From: Alphaproteobacteria bacterium
GTDB lineage: Bacteria > Pseudomonadota > Alphaproteobacteria > GCA-2731375
Assembly: GCA_965225945.1 (NCBI GenBank)
Contig: CBDDBZ010000038.1
Coordinates: forward strand, 498,658-562,657
Reading direction: 5' to 3'
DNA length: 64,000 nt
The position numbers were made by a program, and so were the translations under genes. The notes under the pieces were generated by a model that worked only from the letters and a program-made list of their open reading frames with translations, was not told the DNA's origin and did no database searches. Shown here in pieces: positions 1 to 10,310 of this stretch (the stretch's first letter is position 1; every line of letters begins with the position of its first letter).

Positions 1-122
1 CGCAGCTCGCCGAGCGCGATCGCCGGCGTCTCCGCGTGTGCCACCTTGGCACCCCGGCGCATGGCGATTTGGGTCGCCGCGACGACTTGGCCTTCCAACG
101 AGCCGATGATCAGTAAACGCAT
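1..122 (-). CDS. flbD: Sigma-54-dependent flagellar regulator FlbD, N-terminus (runs off window)
   Basis: Manual translation MRLLIIGSLEGQVVAATQIAMRRGAKVAHAET resembles the Caulobacter FlbD N-terminus; lies at the end of the fliF-fliG-fliH-fliN-motA run. Confidence 0.75.
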   Translation of the reverse strand, partial: MRLLIIGSLEGQVVAATQIAMRRGAKVAHAETPAIALGEL

Positions 123-142
123 TCCGTGAACTCCCGGATCTC

Positions 143-925
143 TTAGTCGTAGACGTGGAGCCGCTTCGTCGGCGGCAGCTGGGTATTGAGCAGGATCTCG
201 AGCCGGCGCGGGTTCTCCTGTCGGCCGATGGAGCCGGCGCCGAGCAGATAGAAGTTCTGCAACAGCGATTCCTCAGAGGAATTTCGCTCCAGCTTGGAGG
301 CGATCGGTCCGAACACCATGTTGGACAGAATGGCGCCATAGAAGGTTGTGAGTAGCGCCACGGCCATGGAGGGGCCGATGGTCGAGGGGTCGTCGAGGCT
401 GCCCAGCATCCGCACCAGGCCGATCAGGGTCCCGATCAGGCCCATCGCCGGCGCCACCTCGGCCGCCTTGCGGAAGACGCTGGCGCTCTTTTCGTGGCGG
501 GTCGTCATCGCCATCAGCTCGTGGCGCATGATACGATCGAGATCCTCGCCCGGCGTGCCGTCGACGACCAGGCTCAATGCCTTGTGAAGAAACGGTTCCG
601 CGCCGAGCTGTCGGAGTCTGGATTCCAACCCCAGCACGCCGTCGCGGCGCGCCAGCTCCGCCAGCTCGACCAACCGATAGGCGGTCTGGGCGGGGTCGGG
701 CAGGCGATGGAAGACGGTCTTCGCCATCACCATCTGGGCTCGGGCGATATCCTCCAGCGAAAAACACACCATGGTCACGGCGAAGGTCCCGCCGAGTACG
801 ATCAGCAGCGAGGAGAGGTCGAAGAAAGCCGCCGGCGCGCCGCCCAGAACCATGGCGGTGACTAAAAGCCCGAAACCCGACAGCAGGCCGAGCACGGTCG
901 CGAAATCGAAACCATTATGTCGCAT
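143..925 (-). CDS. motA: Flagellar stator protein MotA/PomA
   Basis: TM helices plus APAMGLIGTLIGLV..L..L.DPSTIGPSMAVALLTTFYG motif. Confidence 0.9.
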   Translation of the reverse strand: MRHNGFDFATVLGLLSGFGLLVTAMVLGGAPAAFFDLSSLLIVLGGTFAVTMVCFSLEDIARAQMVMAKTVFHRLPDPAQTAYRLVELAELARRDGVLGLESRLRQLGAEPFLHKALSLVVDGTPGEDLDRIMRHELMAMTTRHEKSASVFRKAAEVAPAMGLIGTLIGLVRMLGSLDDPSTIGPSMAVALLTTFYGAILSNMVFGPIASKLERNSSEESLLQNFYLLGAGSIGRQENPRRLEILLNTQLPPTKRLHVYD

Positions 926-958
926 GCGTTGGCCCTCCGCGTATCCGGCCCGCTGGCA

Positions 959-1387
959 TCAACCTTGGTCGCCCTTGATGATTTCGGTCATCGTCACCCC
1001 GAGCTGGTTCTCGACGATCACCACCTCGCCGCGGGCGACGAGGCGATCGTTGACGTAGATGTCGATCGCCTCGCCGACCTTCCGATCGAGTTCGATCACC
1101 GCGCCCCGACCGAGCTTCAGGAGCGAACTCACCTGCATCTTCGACTTGCCCAGCACCGCCGAGACATGGACCGGGATGTCGTAGACCGCCGCGAGATCGG
1201 CGGCGGTGCGAATCGTGTCCGTCTCCTCGATCGCCTCGAGCCCCGGCGTCGTGCCGTCGGCCTCGGGCGTCGCGCCGTCGGCCTCGGGCGCCGCGCCGTC
1301 GGCCTCGGGCTCCGCCCCGGCCGCCGCCGGCGCGGCGTCCGTGCTCAGATCCTCGAGGGTGAGACTGTCCTCGTCTTCGCTCATCAC
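959..1387 (-). CDS. fliN: Flagellar motor switch protein FliN
   Basis: C-terminal SpoA domain (VYDIPVHVSAVLG...VGEAIDIYVNDRLVARGEVV). Confidence 0.93.
   Translation of the reverse strand: MMSEDEDSLTLEDLSTDAAPAAAGAEPEADGAAPEADGATPEADGTTPGLEAIEETDTIRTAADLAAVYDIPVHVSAVLGKSKMQVSSLLKLGRGAVIELDRKVGEAIDIYVNDRLVARGEVVIVENQLGVTMTEIIKGDQG
1251..1313. repeat. Three 21-bp in-frame tandem repeats in the fliN linker (PEADGA/T)
   Basis: g(t/c)gccgtcggcctcgggc.. repeated three times. Confidence 0.8.
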
Positions 1388-2037
1388 CAGCTCCCATCAT
1401 TCGACGGCGCCGCATGCCCCGTCGGTCCCGCGTCCAGGTTCCACGAGCGACAATGATGCTCGATGATCTCCTCGATTTCGCCGGCCAAGGCTCGGGGGTC
1501 GCGCTCGGCGCCTCCGTCGGGCCACTCCACCCGGCACTCGCCCGGGCCGAGCATCGGATCGCCGAGCAGGATGACCGCGCCGGAGAAGCCGGCGCCGGTG
1601 GCGACCTCGTCGATCCGTGCCCTCGTCGCCTCGACCAACGACTCCTCGACCCTGAGCACGATCCTCGGCTCCGTCGGCATGCGGGTGAGGCACTCGCCCG
1701 CCAGCGCCAGAATCTCCTCGACCGGCGCGCGCCGGATCAGCACCGGCGCCAATTTACTGGCGATCAAATGGGCGAGGCGCGCGGCATCATCCCTGATCGT
1801 CTCGAGGCCGGCGCGGTGCGCGTCGTCCAGGGTCTCGAGGCCGGCGCAAATCGCCGTCATCGTCTCGGCGAGCGCGCGCTCGATCCCGTCGAGCGCTGCT
1901 TGTCGTCCCGCCGTCTCGCCTTCCGCGAACGCCTCCGCCCGGGCCTGATCCAAGACGTGGGCGCGCGGGTCGTCGACGTCGCCGGCGGCACTGAACACCG
2001 TGTCGAATTTGAAGCGGGTCGGGGATGGCGCGTTCAC
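1384..2037 (-). CDS. fliH: Flagellar assembly protein FliH
   Basis: KFDTVF N-terminus, GECRVEWPDGGAERD C-terminus; between fliG and fliN. Confidence 0.85.
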   Translation of the reverse strand: MNAPSPTRFKFDTVFSAAGDVDDPRAHVLDQARAEAFAEGETAGRQAALDGIERALAETMTAICAGLETLDDAHRAGLETIRDDAARLAHLIASKLAPVLIRRAPVEEILALAGECLTRMPTEPRIVLRVEESLVEATRARIDEVATGAGFSGAVILLGDPMLGPGECRVEWPDGGAERDPRALAGEIEEIIEHHCRSWNLDAGPTGHAAPSNDGSW

Positions 2038-2050
2038 CGTCGGTCCTCTT

Positions 2051-3070
2051 TCAATAAATCAGCTCGTCTTCGTCGCGATCTTCGGTCAGCATGATCTCGC
2101 CCCGGTCGGCGAGTTCCTTGGCGACCGTGACGACGTCCATCTGTGCCTCGTCGACGTCGCGCAGGCGGACCGGGCCCATCATCTCCATGTCCTCGCGCAG
2201 GATCTTCGCCGCGCGTTCCGACATGTTGGAGAAGAAGAGATCCCGGAGGGTGTCCGAGGCGCCCTTGAGACCGATCGCGAGCTTGGTGTTCTCGACCCCG
2301 CGGAGCAGGGTCTGCACGCCGCCGGGATCGAGGCGGATCAGATCCTCGAAAGTAAACATCAAGGCCTTGATCTTCTCCGCCGACTCGCGATTGCGCTCCT
2401 CCAAGGAAGTCATGAACCGGTTCTCGGTGGACCGGTCGAGATTGTTGAAAATCTCGGCCATCATTTCGTGACTGTCGCGCCGGCTGGTGCGGGCGAGATT
2501 GTTCATGAACTCGACGTGGAGCGTCCGCTCGACCTTATCGAGAATATCCTTCTGCACCGCTTCCATCCGCAGCATGCGCATCACCACCTCCATCGGGAAG
2601 TCCTCGGGCAGCGCGCCGAGAACGCGGGAGGCATGTTCCGCCTTCACCTTGGAGAGCACGACGGCGACGGTCTGCGGATATTCGTTCTTGAGGTAATTGG
2701 CGAGCACCGTCTCGTTCACGTTGCCGAGCTTGTCCCACATGGTGCGTCCGGCGGGTCCGCGGATCTCTTCCATGATCTGGCCGACCCGGTCGTCCGGCAG
2801 GATCTTGGTCAGCAGCCGCTCGGTGCTGTCGTAGGAGCCGACCAGCGCGCCGGTGTGGGACATATTATCGGCGAAGTCGACGAAGAGCTGCTCCACGGTG
2901 CCGGATTCGACCGCGCCGAGACTGGCCATCGCGGTGGACACCTCGCGGATTTCGTCGTCCTCCATCAGGATCCAGAGCTTCGCCCCTTGCTCCTCGCCGA
3001 GGGCGAGCATCAGCACGGCGGCCTTGTCCGGACCGCTCAGTCCCTGGCGCGTGGAGCGTGCCTTCGCCAT
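2051..3070 (-). CDS. fliG: Flagellar motor switch protein FliG
   Basis: [18 protein letters not shown] and [13 protein letters not shown] motifs. Confidence 0.95.
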   Translation of the reverse strand: MAKARSTRQGLSGPDKAAVLMLALGEEQGAKLWILMEDDEIREVSTAMASLGAVESGTVEQLFVDFADNMSHTGALVGSYDSTERLLTKILPDDRVGQIMEEIRGPAGRTMWDKLGNVNETVLANYLKNEYPQTVAVVLSKVKAEHASRVLGALPEDFPMEVVMRMLRMEAVQKDILDKVERTLHVEFMNNLARTSRRDSHEMMAEIFNNLDRSTENRFMTSLEERNRESAEKIKALMFTFEDLIRLDPGGVQTLLRGVENTKLAIGLKGASDTLRDLFFSNMSERAAKILREDMEMMGPVRLRDVDEAQMDVVTVAKELADRGEIMLTEDRDEDELIY

Positions 3071-3079
3071 CGTTGCTTC

Positions 3080-4838
3080 CTAGCTCTCCTGGTACAGCCA
3101 GGTGCGCAGGATCGAGAGCGCCTCATCCGGGTGCTGCTCGACCAACTCGCCGATCTTGCGCACCGAGGAAGCCCGCACTTGGCCCTCGATTCGCGATGTC
3201 GCCGGCCGGCCGAAGTGGACTCACCGGTCAGCAGGCGCGGGCGATGTCGATCATCACTTCGTTGTCCTCGCCGGCCGAAGTGGACTCACCGGTCAGCAGG
3301 CGCCTGGCTTCCTCGGGCCGCATCTCGCCGGCCTCGACGGCGGCGATGATTGCCTCGCGCTCGGCCGCCGGCATGCCGGACGCGGCGGGCGCCGGCAGCG
3401 CCGCCGCCGCTTCGGGCGCGGCGAGCGCGGGTTGTTTGGCGGGCGCGCCTCCCGTCGACGGGATCGCGGCGAGCAACGGGCGGGCGATGAACAGGAGCGT
3501 CAGCAAGGCAACCAAAACCAGCGCCACCATCTCCGCCGCCCGCATCACGTCGCCGATCTCGAAGCCCATGACCTCGAAGCCGACAACGGTGTCCTCCAAG
3601 GGCTCCTGAAAGCGCTGGAATCGCATGTTCACGACCTCGACCGTGTCGCCACGCCCCTGGTCGAAGCCGATCGTCGATTTCACCAGGGTCGCGATCTTGT
3701 CGAGCTCGTCCTGTTTGCGCGGCGCGTAGACCATGGCGCCGTCCTGCCCGGTGGTGTAGGCGCCGTCGACCAGCACGGCGACGGAAATTCGCTTGAGCCG
3801 CCCGGATTCGTGAATCTGGGTCTTCGTCGTCTTGGAAATTTCGTAGTTGACGGTCTCCTCGGTGCGCTGCGTTTGGCTTTCGTTGGAGGCGTCCTCGCCG
3901 GCCTCCGCTTCGGGCAGGTTGTTGGCTACCGTGATCGATGTGTCCGCCTCGCTCTCACTCGTCGCCGTCGTCTCCTCCAGCGTCTGGGTCGAGCGGGCGA
4001 CTTGGCTTTCCGGATCGTAGATTTCCTGTTTGGTGGTGATCCGGTCGAGATCCATGTCGACCGAGACCTCCGCTCTGACCCGTCCGACGCCGAGCGACTG
4101 CTCGACCAGGGATTCGATGGCGTCCTTCAGACGGCCTTCCTCGGCGGTCCGGGCATCCGCCAGGCCGCTGGCGCCGGCGCCGCCGTACTTGCCGGCGCGC
4201 GACAGCAACTGGCCTTGCTGGTCGACGATCGAGACCCGCTCCGGCTCCAGGTCCGGTACGGCGGAGGCGACCAGATGCTGCATCGCCCGGACTTGGCCGG
4301 CGTCGAGCCGGCTCGCGCCCCGCATGCGGATGGCGATCGAGGCGCTCGGCCGGCGGCGCTCGCGGGCGAAGACCTCGCGGCGCGGCAACACCAGATGGAC
4401 CCGCGCCGCCGCGATCCGATCGATGCTTCGGATGGTCCGGGATAGCTCGCCCTCGAGTGCCCTGAGGCGATTGATGTTCTGCACGAAGCTGGAGCTACCG
4501 AGGCTCTCGCCCTTGTCGAAGAGTTCGTAGCCGACCGAGCCACCGGCGGGCAGCCCCTCGCGCGCCATCGCCAGGCGAAGCCGAAGCGCCCGATCCCGAG
4601 GCACCATGATTCGGCGACCATTCGCCTCGAGCTCGAAGGGAACGCCCTGGGCCTCGAGTTGGACGACGATCTCGCTCGAATCCTCGACCGTGAGATCGCC
4701 GTAGAGGAGCGCCATCTTCGGCGCGCCCACCCGCTGGGCGAGGACGAAGAAGGCGGCCAGGAGCGCCGCGCCGAGGGTGCCGATCAAAAGCAGGCGGGTC
4801 GGTCCGAGACGACGCACGTTCTCGACAAAACCGTTCGT
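3080..4838 (-). pseudogene. fliF: Flagellar M-ring protein FliF, frameshifted near the C-terminus by a 46-nt insertion
   Basis: GYELFD, ALEGELSRTI and ARVHLVLP motifs. Removing 3192-3237 restores ...[42 protein letters not shown]. Start codon uncertain. Confidence 0.85.
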
Positions 4839-4914
4839 CGCCGACCTTCCTGGAAGCCAGGGCGCGGAACACCGCCCATCCGCCAAGCGCCGACGTCACG
4901 GGTCCGATCGGCGG

Positions 4915-4954
4915 CTCGGCAAATACTGCCCAAGCGGGATGAAGATGCAGTTAA
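4915..4954. promoter_or_regulatory. ftr-like (FlbD-binding) palindrome and CtrA half-site upstream of fliF
   Basis: CTCGGCAAATACTGCCC at 4915-4931; TTAA at 4951; similar to the Caulobacter fliF promoter layout. Confidence 0.4.
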
Positions 4955-5071
4955 CGGCGGAAAACCTTGCCTAGCGCGCTTCGGATTTGAAGCTATACGC
5001 CGGGGGAACGGGCGGCCTCGACCAATCTTGAAATGCCCTAGCGCGCTATCCTCCGGCGCGGCCAACAGCTC

Positions 5072-5419
5072 TCAGTCGCCGAGGCCGGGCGCGTATTCGC
5101 CGTGGCCGAGTTTGTCCTCGCGGATCCTATCCCAGGTCCGCTCGGCGTCCCGATAGGCCTGCAGTCGGGTGGTTCGCAGACCCGCTAGGCCATGACGCTC
5201 GATCGCCCGCTGCCAGGACAGGAACTCCTCGACCGACAGAACGTAACGTCGGCAGGCCTCGTCGAGGCTGATCAGGCCGCCGCGCACGGCGGAGACCACC
5301 TGCGCCTTGCGCCGAATCACCCAGCGGCTGGTGTTGGGCGGCGGTAGGTCGTCGAGCGTCAATGTCTCGCCGTCCGGTCCGATCACCCTGGGTTGCCGAC
5401 TGTCCGTACGATGTTCCAT
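5072..5419 (-). CDS. sciP: CtrA inhibitor SciP (DUF1153)
   Basis: VIGPDG..LTLDDLPPPNTSRWVIRRKAQVV.AVRGGLISLDEAC.RY.LSVEEFLSWQ signature. Confidence 0.92.
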   Translation of the reverse strand: MEHRTDSRQPRVIGPDGETLTLDDLPPPNTSRWVIRRKAQVVSAVRGGLISLDEACRRYVLSVEEFLSWQRAIERHGLAGLRTTRLQAYRDAERTWDRIREDKLGHGEYAPGLGD

Positions 5420-5475
5420 CGGTGCTTCTGTCTTGCCTGCGATTGTGTTCCGAGCGCCAAGCTAATCGCTTGAAT

Positions 5476-5514
5476 TTAAGGAAAATCTAAGCGGCAGAGT
5501 TAACGGCGTGGTAA
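5476..5514. promoter_or_regulatory. Two near-consensus CtrA boxes upstream of sciP
   Basis: TTAA-N7-CTAA (5476-5490) and TTAA-N7-GTAA (5500-5514). Confidence 0.65.
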
Positions 5515-5528
5515 CGATGTCACGGTGG

Positions 5529-6895
5529 CTATCTCAGCACGCGGACGAGCTCGTCGAGCATCTCGTCGGCGGTCGTGATTATCTTCGCACCGGCCGAGAA
5601 GGCGCGTTGCGTCACGATCATCGACGAGAACTCTTCGGCGAGTTCGACAGTCGAGGCCTCGAGGGCCGAAGGCGCCACGTTTCCGGACCCACCCTTGCCG
5701 GCTTCCTGCAACGTGAAGGCGCCGGAATCGAGGGTGCGATATAGGCGTTGCCGGTCCTGTTGCTGAGGCCGTTGACATTGGGGAAGTTGGCGAGCGGCAG
5801 CTTGAAGACATTGACCCGCTCGCCGTTGTCGAAAAGCGCGGTGACGATGCCGTCTTCGTTCACCGAGAGCCCGACCAGGCCGCCGAACACGGCGCCGTTG
5901 ACGTTGGTGTTGACCAGGATCGAGGCGGAATCGAACTGGGTCACGCCGTCGGCGTTGCCGTCGGTGCCGAGATCGACGGTGAGCGCCGCGGGATTGAGGC
6001 CGAGGACGGTGGCCCAGGTGATGTTCAAGGTCGTGGGCATCGTCGTTCCGGCCGCGTTGTAGGTGCCGTCGGGGTTGAACTTCAGAATGCCGCTGGAGAC
6101 CAGGCCGTTCGGGTGCGTGGGGAGGTCGACGTCCGCGGCGGGCTCGACATAGGCTTCCACGTAGCAGGCGTTGGGACCGGCGGCACCGGCCGGGTCGGCG
6201 CGGAGGAAGGAGAATGTGAGATCGCGGGTGCCGCCCTTGGAATCCACCACCTGCACGCTGCGTTCGAAGTCGGCGATGATCTGCAGCGGATCGGTGTCCG
6301 GGCGCGCCATGTCGCCGGCGGCGTAGGGCTGAGAGGTGACCAGCGGGTTGATCGGTTGCGAGGACCACAGGTTGGCCTGCATCGAGATCAGCGTCGTCGG
6401 CTCGGCGGTACCGACGAGGGACTGCACGTTGACGCTCTCCAGGATATTCAGATCGACGCGGTTGGCGGGGATGTTGCCGTTGGTGTCCATCGCCCAGCCC
6501 TGTAGGTAGAAACCGGCCGGATTGCGCAGGTAGCCGTCCGCATCGGCGCTAAAGGAGCCCGCGCGCGTGAACAAATAATTGCCGTTGCTGGGGGTCGGCT
6601 GGTTCGCGGTATGAACCACGAAGAAGCCGTTGCCGGAGATCGCCAGGTCGGTCGGCGAGGCGGACGCCTGGAGCAGCCCCTGACGGTTGACCAAGGCTTG
6701 CGGCGAGGAACGGACGCCGCCGGCGGAATAGGTGGTGGCGCTTCGGGTCTGGGTCACCAGGGTGGAGAACGCAGCCTTGGTGGACTTGTAGCCGATGGTG
6801 TTCACGTTGGAGATGTTGTCCGCGATCATCGCCATCGACTGGCTCTGTGCCGCGAGGGCGGAAACGCCTGAAAACAGTGCACTGTAGAGACTCAT
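5529..6895 (-). pseudogene. flgE: Flagellar hook protein FlgE with a 1-bp deletion frameshift near 5735
   Basis: N-terminal IADNISNVNTIGYK; C-terminal LEASTVELAEEFSSMIVTQRAFSAGAKIITTADEML lies in another frame. Confidence 0.88.
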
Positions 6896-6959
6896 GACTT
6901 CTTCCTCCGTTGCCGCCGACGCCCGCTCTTCGGGTGCGGCGTTACCTTGATTGGCAGCC

Positions 6960-7629
6960 TCAAGCGGCCGCCGCGTCGAGGCTCAGCCGCCGAACGTTGG
7001 AGAGCGGTATGGCGGCCTCGCCGATCATCAGCCGGGTCTCGCCGTCCGCGGTCTCGACCCCGTCGACCCGGCCGACGACGCCGATTCGGGTCGGCAGTTC
7101 CACGCCCTCGGCGCTACGCGCCGTGACGGTGAGCCGGTAGACGCCCTCCGGCGCCGCGTTGCCTGCGTTGTCGTTGCCGTCCCAGACGAAGCTTCGCTCG
7201 CCGAGTGTCGTATCGCCCCCCACCGTGCGGACCAGTCGACCGTTCGCGTCGGTGATCGTCAGCACGATCGCGTTGGCGGCGCCCTCGACCTCGTAGGTCC
7301 AGTCGGCGGCGCCGGCGGCGAGGTGCGTCGTGTTCCCATCCGCCTCGATCGTGCGGCCGAGATAGGAGGCGGCGGCGGCGGTCAACTGTGCCCGCGACAG
7401 GCTCAGTATGTTCTCCAGGTGCTTGTTGGTGGCGATATTCTGTTCGACGTTGGTGAACTGGACGAGCTGTTTCGGTGAATTCGGACGAACTGACCGGATC
7501 CAGCGGATCCTGGTTTTTCAGCTGCGTGGTCAGCAGGGTCAGGAAATTGTCGAAGGTTTCGGCGATGGAGGCACCGGCGCGCGCCGAACCACTCGTCGCC
7601 GTCGAACTCGCGAGGCCGGGGATTTCCAT
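6960..7629 (-). pseudogene. flgD: Hook capping protein FlgD with a 1-bp insertion frameshift near 7470
   Basis: FLTLLTTQLKNQDPLDP..S.EFT, continuing QLVQFTNVEQ and FVWDG..AP.G.Y in the next frame. Confidence 0.88.
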
Positions 7630-7649
7630 GACTGGCTCCTCTCTTCGGC

Positions 7650-9611
7650 TCAGACGTTGATGTCGAGTAGGCGATCCGTCGCCGTTCGACGAGCATCGCT
7701 CGCCGCGATCGTCGCCGCGCCACCGGTCTCGATGTCGCGGCCAGGCCGGCCACTCGGATCGTCTCCGGCGAAGCCATCGCCCTCGCGGCCTTCGGACTCC
7801 CCACGCAGGGAGAAACTCAGGCCGCCCGAGCCGGTATCCAGACCGGCATCCTGCAACGCCTTCTCCAACAGGCGGGCATCGCGCTGCAGCAGCTCAAGAG
7901 TGTCGATCCGGTCCGCCGTGATCACCGCCAGCACCCGGCCGTCGAAGCCGATGTCGAGCTTGATGTCGACGCGTCCGAGTTCCGCCGGATGCAGCCGGAC
8001 GTTGATCCGCCTGAGGCCATCCTCGACACCCTGGGTGATCCGCGCCGCGACTTGAACCGTCGGTGGCGGTGGCGGCGCGGCCGGGCGTGTCGTGGCCGCG
8101 CCGAGGCGGCTCGCCGAATCGCTCGACGTGGCTTCCTGGGCCGGCCCGCCAGCCCCTTCGAGGTCGACCGCGAAGCCGCCCTCGCTCGCCAGCACGAGGC
8201 CGGCCGGGCGCGGGGCGAGGTCGGCGGTCGTCGCGGGAGCGCTCGACGGTGGCGGCGTCACGGTTTCGGTGAGCGGGGCCGCCGTCGGGTTGCCGCCGAC
8301 GCGTGTCGCGAGCCCGAGGGCGACCGATCGCATCGAGCTTGCGCCGGCGATTTGCGACACCGTCGCGGTCCCGTCCAGCATGCCCCAGACACCGCCGACA
8401 TGCGGGCGGGCGGAAGCTTCGGGCGCCGTGGCGGCCGATTGGATCGTGAGCCGAGTCCGCGCCGCCGGATCACCTCCGCTCTCGGTGGCGATCTCCGGTT
8501 CGACGGACAGGCCGAGCCCGATGTTCGGCGTCGCGATAGCCCGAGGTGCTACGCCGCTCGCCCGTGGCGCCGTGGCGACAAGAGGGGTGGGCGATGCGAC
8601 ATTCGGGTTTGGCGTCGCGCCGGCGAGCAAGGCAATCGGCGACGCAGCGGTCGGGTTCGGCGTCGCCCTGGCGAGCAAGGCAATCGGCGAGGCGGTGGTC
8701 GGGTTCGGTGTCGCGGCGGGGGGGCTTGCCGGCGCGGCCACGGCCGCCGGCGTTGCAGTGGCGAGCAAGGCAATCGGCGAGGCGGTGGTCGGGTTCGGCG
8801 TCGCGGCGGGGGGGCTTGCCGGCGCGGCCACGGCCGCCGGCGTCGCACTGGCGAGCAAGGCAATCGGCGAGGCGGTGGTCGGGTTCGGCGTCGCGGCGGG
8901 GGGGCTTGCCGGCGCGGCCACGGCCGCCGGCGTCGCCCTGGCGAGCAAGGCAATCGGCGAGGCGGTGGTCGGGTTCGGTGTCGCGGCGGGGGGGCTTGCC
9001 GGCGCGGCCACGGCCGCCGGCGTTGCAGTGGCGAGCAAGGCAATCGGCGAGGCGGTGGTCGGGTTCGGTGTCGCGGTGGGGGGGCTTGCCGGCACGGCCA
9101 CGGGTCTCGCGACGACGGGCAATGTCGACGTTGGCGTCGTCGTGGCATCCCTGGTGCCGTCGGCCGTGGGAGGCGCGGCGACAGGCGCGAGCGACGCCAT
9201 CGGTCCGGCGTCGACCGGCGCGGGAACGGCGATCCGACCCACGTCCTGGATGAGAGCGGGCGCGACGACGTTGACGATTGACGCTGGCGTCGGCACGGCG
9301 ATGACGATGGGCGTGGAGGGCTCGGCGACTCTGGTGGGAAACAGTCGGGTATCGAATACCCTCGCGTCACCGGACGCCGGCGGGGCACCGCCGTTCTCGG
9401 CACCGTCGGTTCGTGTTGGCGATGAAGCCGGACCGGCCGCCGTCTCGGAGCCTTCGATCAAGGTCGCAAAGCTTTCCGTAGTCTCTCCGTCCGCGCCGGC
9501 ACCTGAGCTTTCGCTCGGGATCCGCTCCGGGCCGGGTCGCGCGATCGACCCGGTGGTCGCCGGCGTCGGTGCCGTCGGTGTCGTCTGGGGAAGGGGAAGG
9601 GGCGCTGGCAT
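7650..9611 (-). CDS. fliK: Flagellar hook-length control protein FliK
   Basis: C-terminal VRLHPAELGRVDIKL...LLQRDARLLEKALQDAGL...LSFSLR; Pro/Ala/Thr-rich middle; start uncertain (9611 or 9713). Confidence 0.88.
   Translation of the reverse strand: MPAPLPLPQTTPTAPTPATTGSIARPGPERIPSESSGAGADGETTESFATLIEGSETAAGPASSPTRTDGAENGGAPPASGDARVFDTRLFPTRVAEPSTPIVIAVPTPASIVNVVAPALIQDVGRIAVPAPVDAGPMASLAPVAAPPTADGTRDATTTPTSTLPVVARPVAVPASPPTATPNPTTASPIALLATATPAAVAAPASPPAATPNPTTASPIALLARATPAAVAAPASPPAATPNPTTASPIALLASATPAAVAAPASPPAATPNPTTASPIALLATATPAAVAAPASPPAATPNPTTASPIALLARATPNPTAASPIALLAGATPNPNVASPTPLVATAPRASGVAPRAIATPNIGLGLSVEPEIATESGGDPAARTRLTIQSAATAPEASARPHVGGVWGMLDGTATVSQIAGASSMRSVALGLATRVGGNPTAAPLTETVTPPPSSAPATTADLAPRPAGLVLASEGGFAVDLEGAGGPAQEATSSDSASRLGAATTRPAAPPPPPTVQVAARITQGVEDGLRRINVRLHPAELGRVDIKLDIGFDGRVLAVITADRIDTLELLQRDARLLEKALQDAGLDTGSGGLSFSLRGESEGREGDGFAGDDPSGRPGRDIETGGAATIAASDARRTATDRLLDINV
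8671..9102. repeat. About 4.8 copies of a 90-bp (30-aa) in-frame tandem repeat in fliK
   Basis: gcgagcaaggcaatcggcga recurs at 8671, 8761, 8851, 8941 and 9031. Confidence 0.95.
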
Positions 9612-9845
9612 GGAAAGGATCGTCGGGGTCCGCTTCGGTTTCACTGCTTCCGTTCCGTCGCTCGCCGGGACTCGGAGACGACGACGGTCGGACCATCGCA
9701 AGATCGGGGCCAAGGCGAGTCTCGAGATCGAAGCCGCGAAATTGTGCCATTCCCGGTCGGGGCACGGCGCCGAGACGGCTCACCGACGGCAAGTTCTGCA
9801 CCTCGTCCCGGTCGATGCTGCCGATCGCGCTCGGCGAATTCATCG

Positions 9846-9860
9846 TTAACCGAAGCTTAA
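9846..9860. promoter_or_regulatory. Perfect CtrA box between divergent fliK and the Sel1 gene
   Basis: TTAA-CCGAAGC-TTAA. Confidence 0.7.
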
Positions 9861-10310
9861 GGCCGCTCCGCGAGGATGGCGCATCGACGGGTCGCCGCGC
9901 GGTCCGTCCGCGACCATCGGGGATCTAGCGACATGATCACTTCGAACCTGGATACAGCCGCCGAACGCGAAGCCGCCGCCGCCGCTTTCGAGCGCGCCGA
10001 CTTCGAAACCGCGCGCGCGTGTTGGCTTCGCGGCGCCGAGGCGGGCGACGTCGAGGCGCTGGTCGAGCTGGGCCTGATGCACAGCAACGGACGCGGCGCC
10101 GAACGGGATCATGTGGCGGCCAAGCCCTACTTCGAACAGGCCGCGGAACGTGGCCACCCCGAGGCGGAATACTGTTTGGGCGTGCTGTTCAACGCCGGTC
10201 TCGGCGTCGAGGACGACGCAGCCGAAGCCGCCTACTGGTACACCCGGGCGGCCGAGAAGGGCCACGCGCTGGCGCAATGCAATCTGGCGATCCTCTACGA
10301 GAAGGGCTTA

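Noticed and set aside
9734-9750. Sigma-54 promoter for fliK (TGGCACAATTTCGC)
   Set aside because: GG-to-GC spacing is 9 nt rather than the required 10
7989-9849. Repetitive plus-strand ORFs (430 aa, 585 aa)
   Set aside because: Antisense readings of the fliK repeat region
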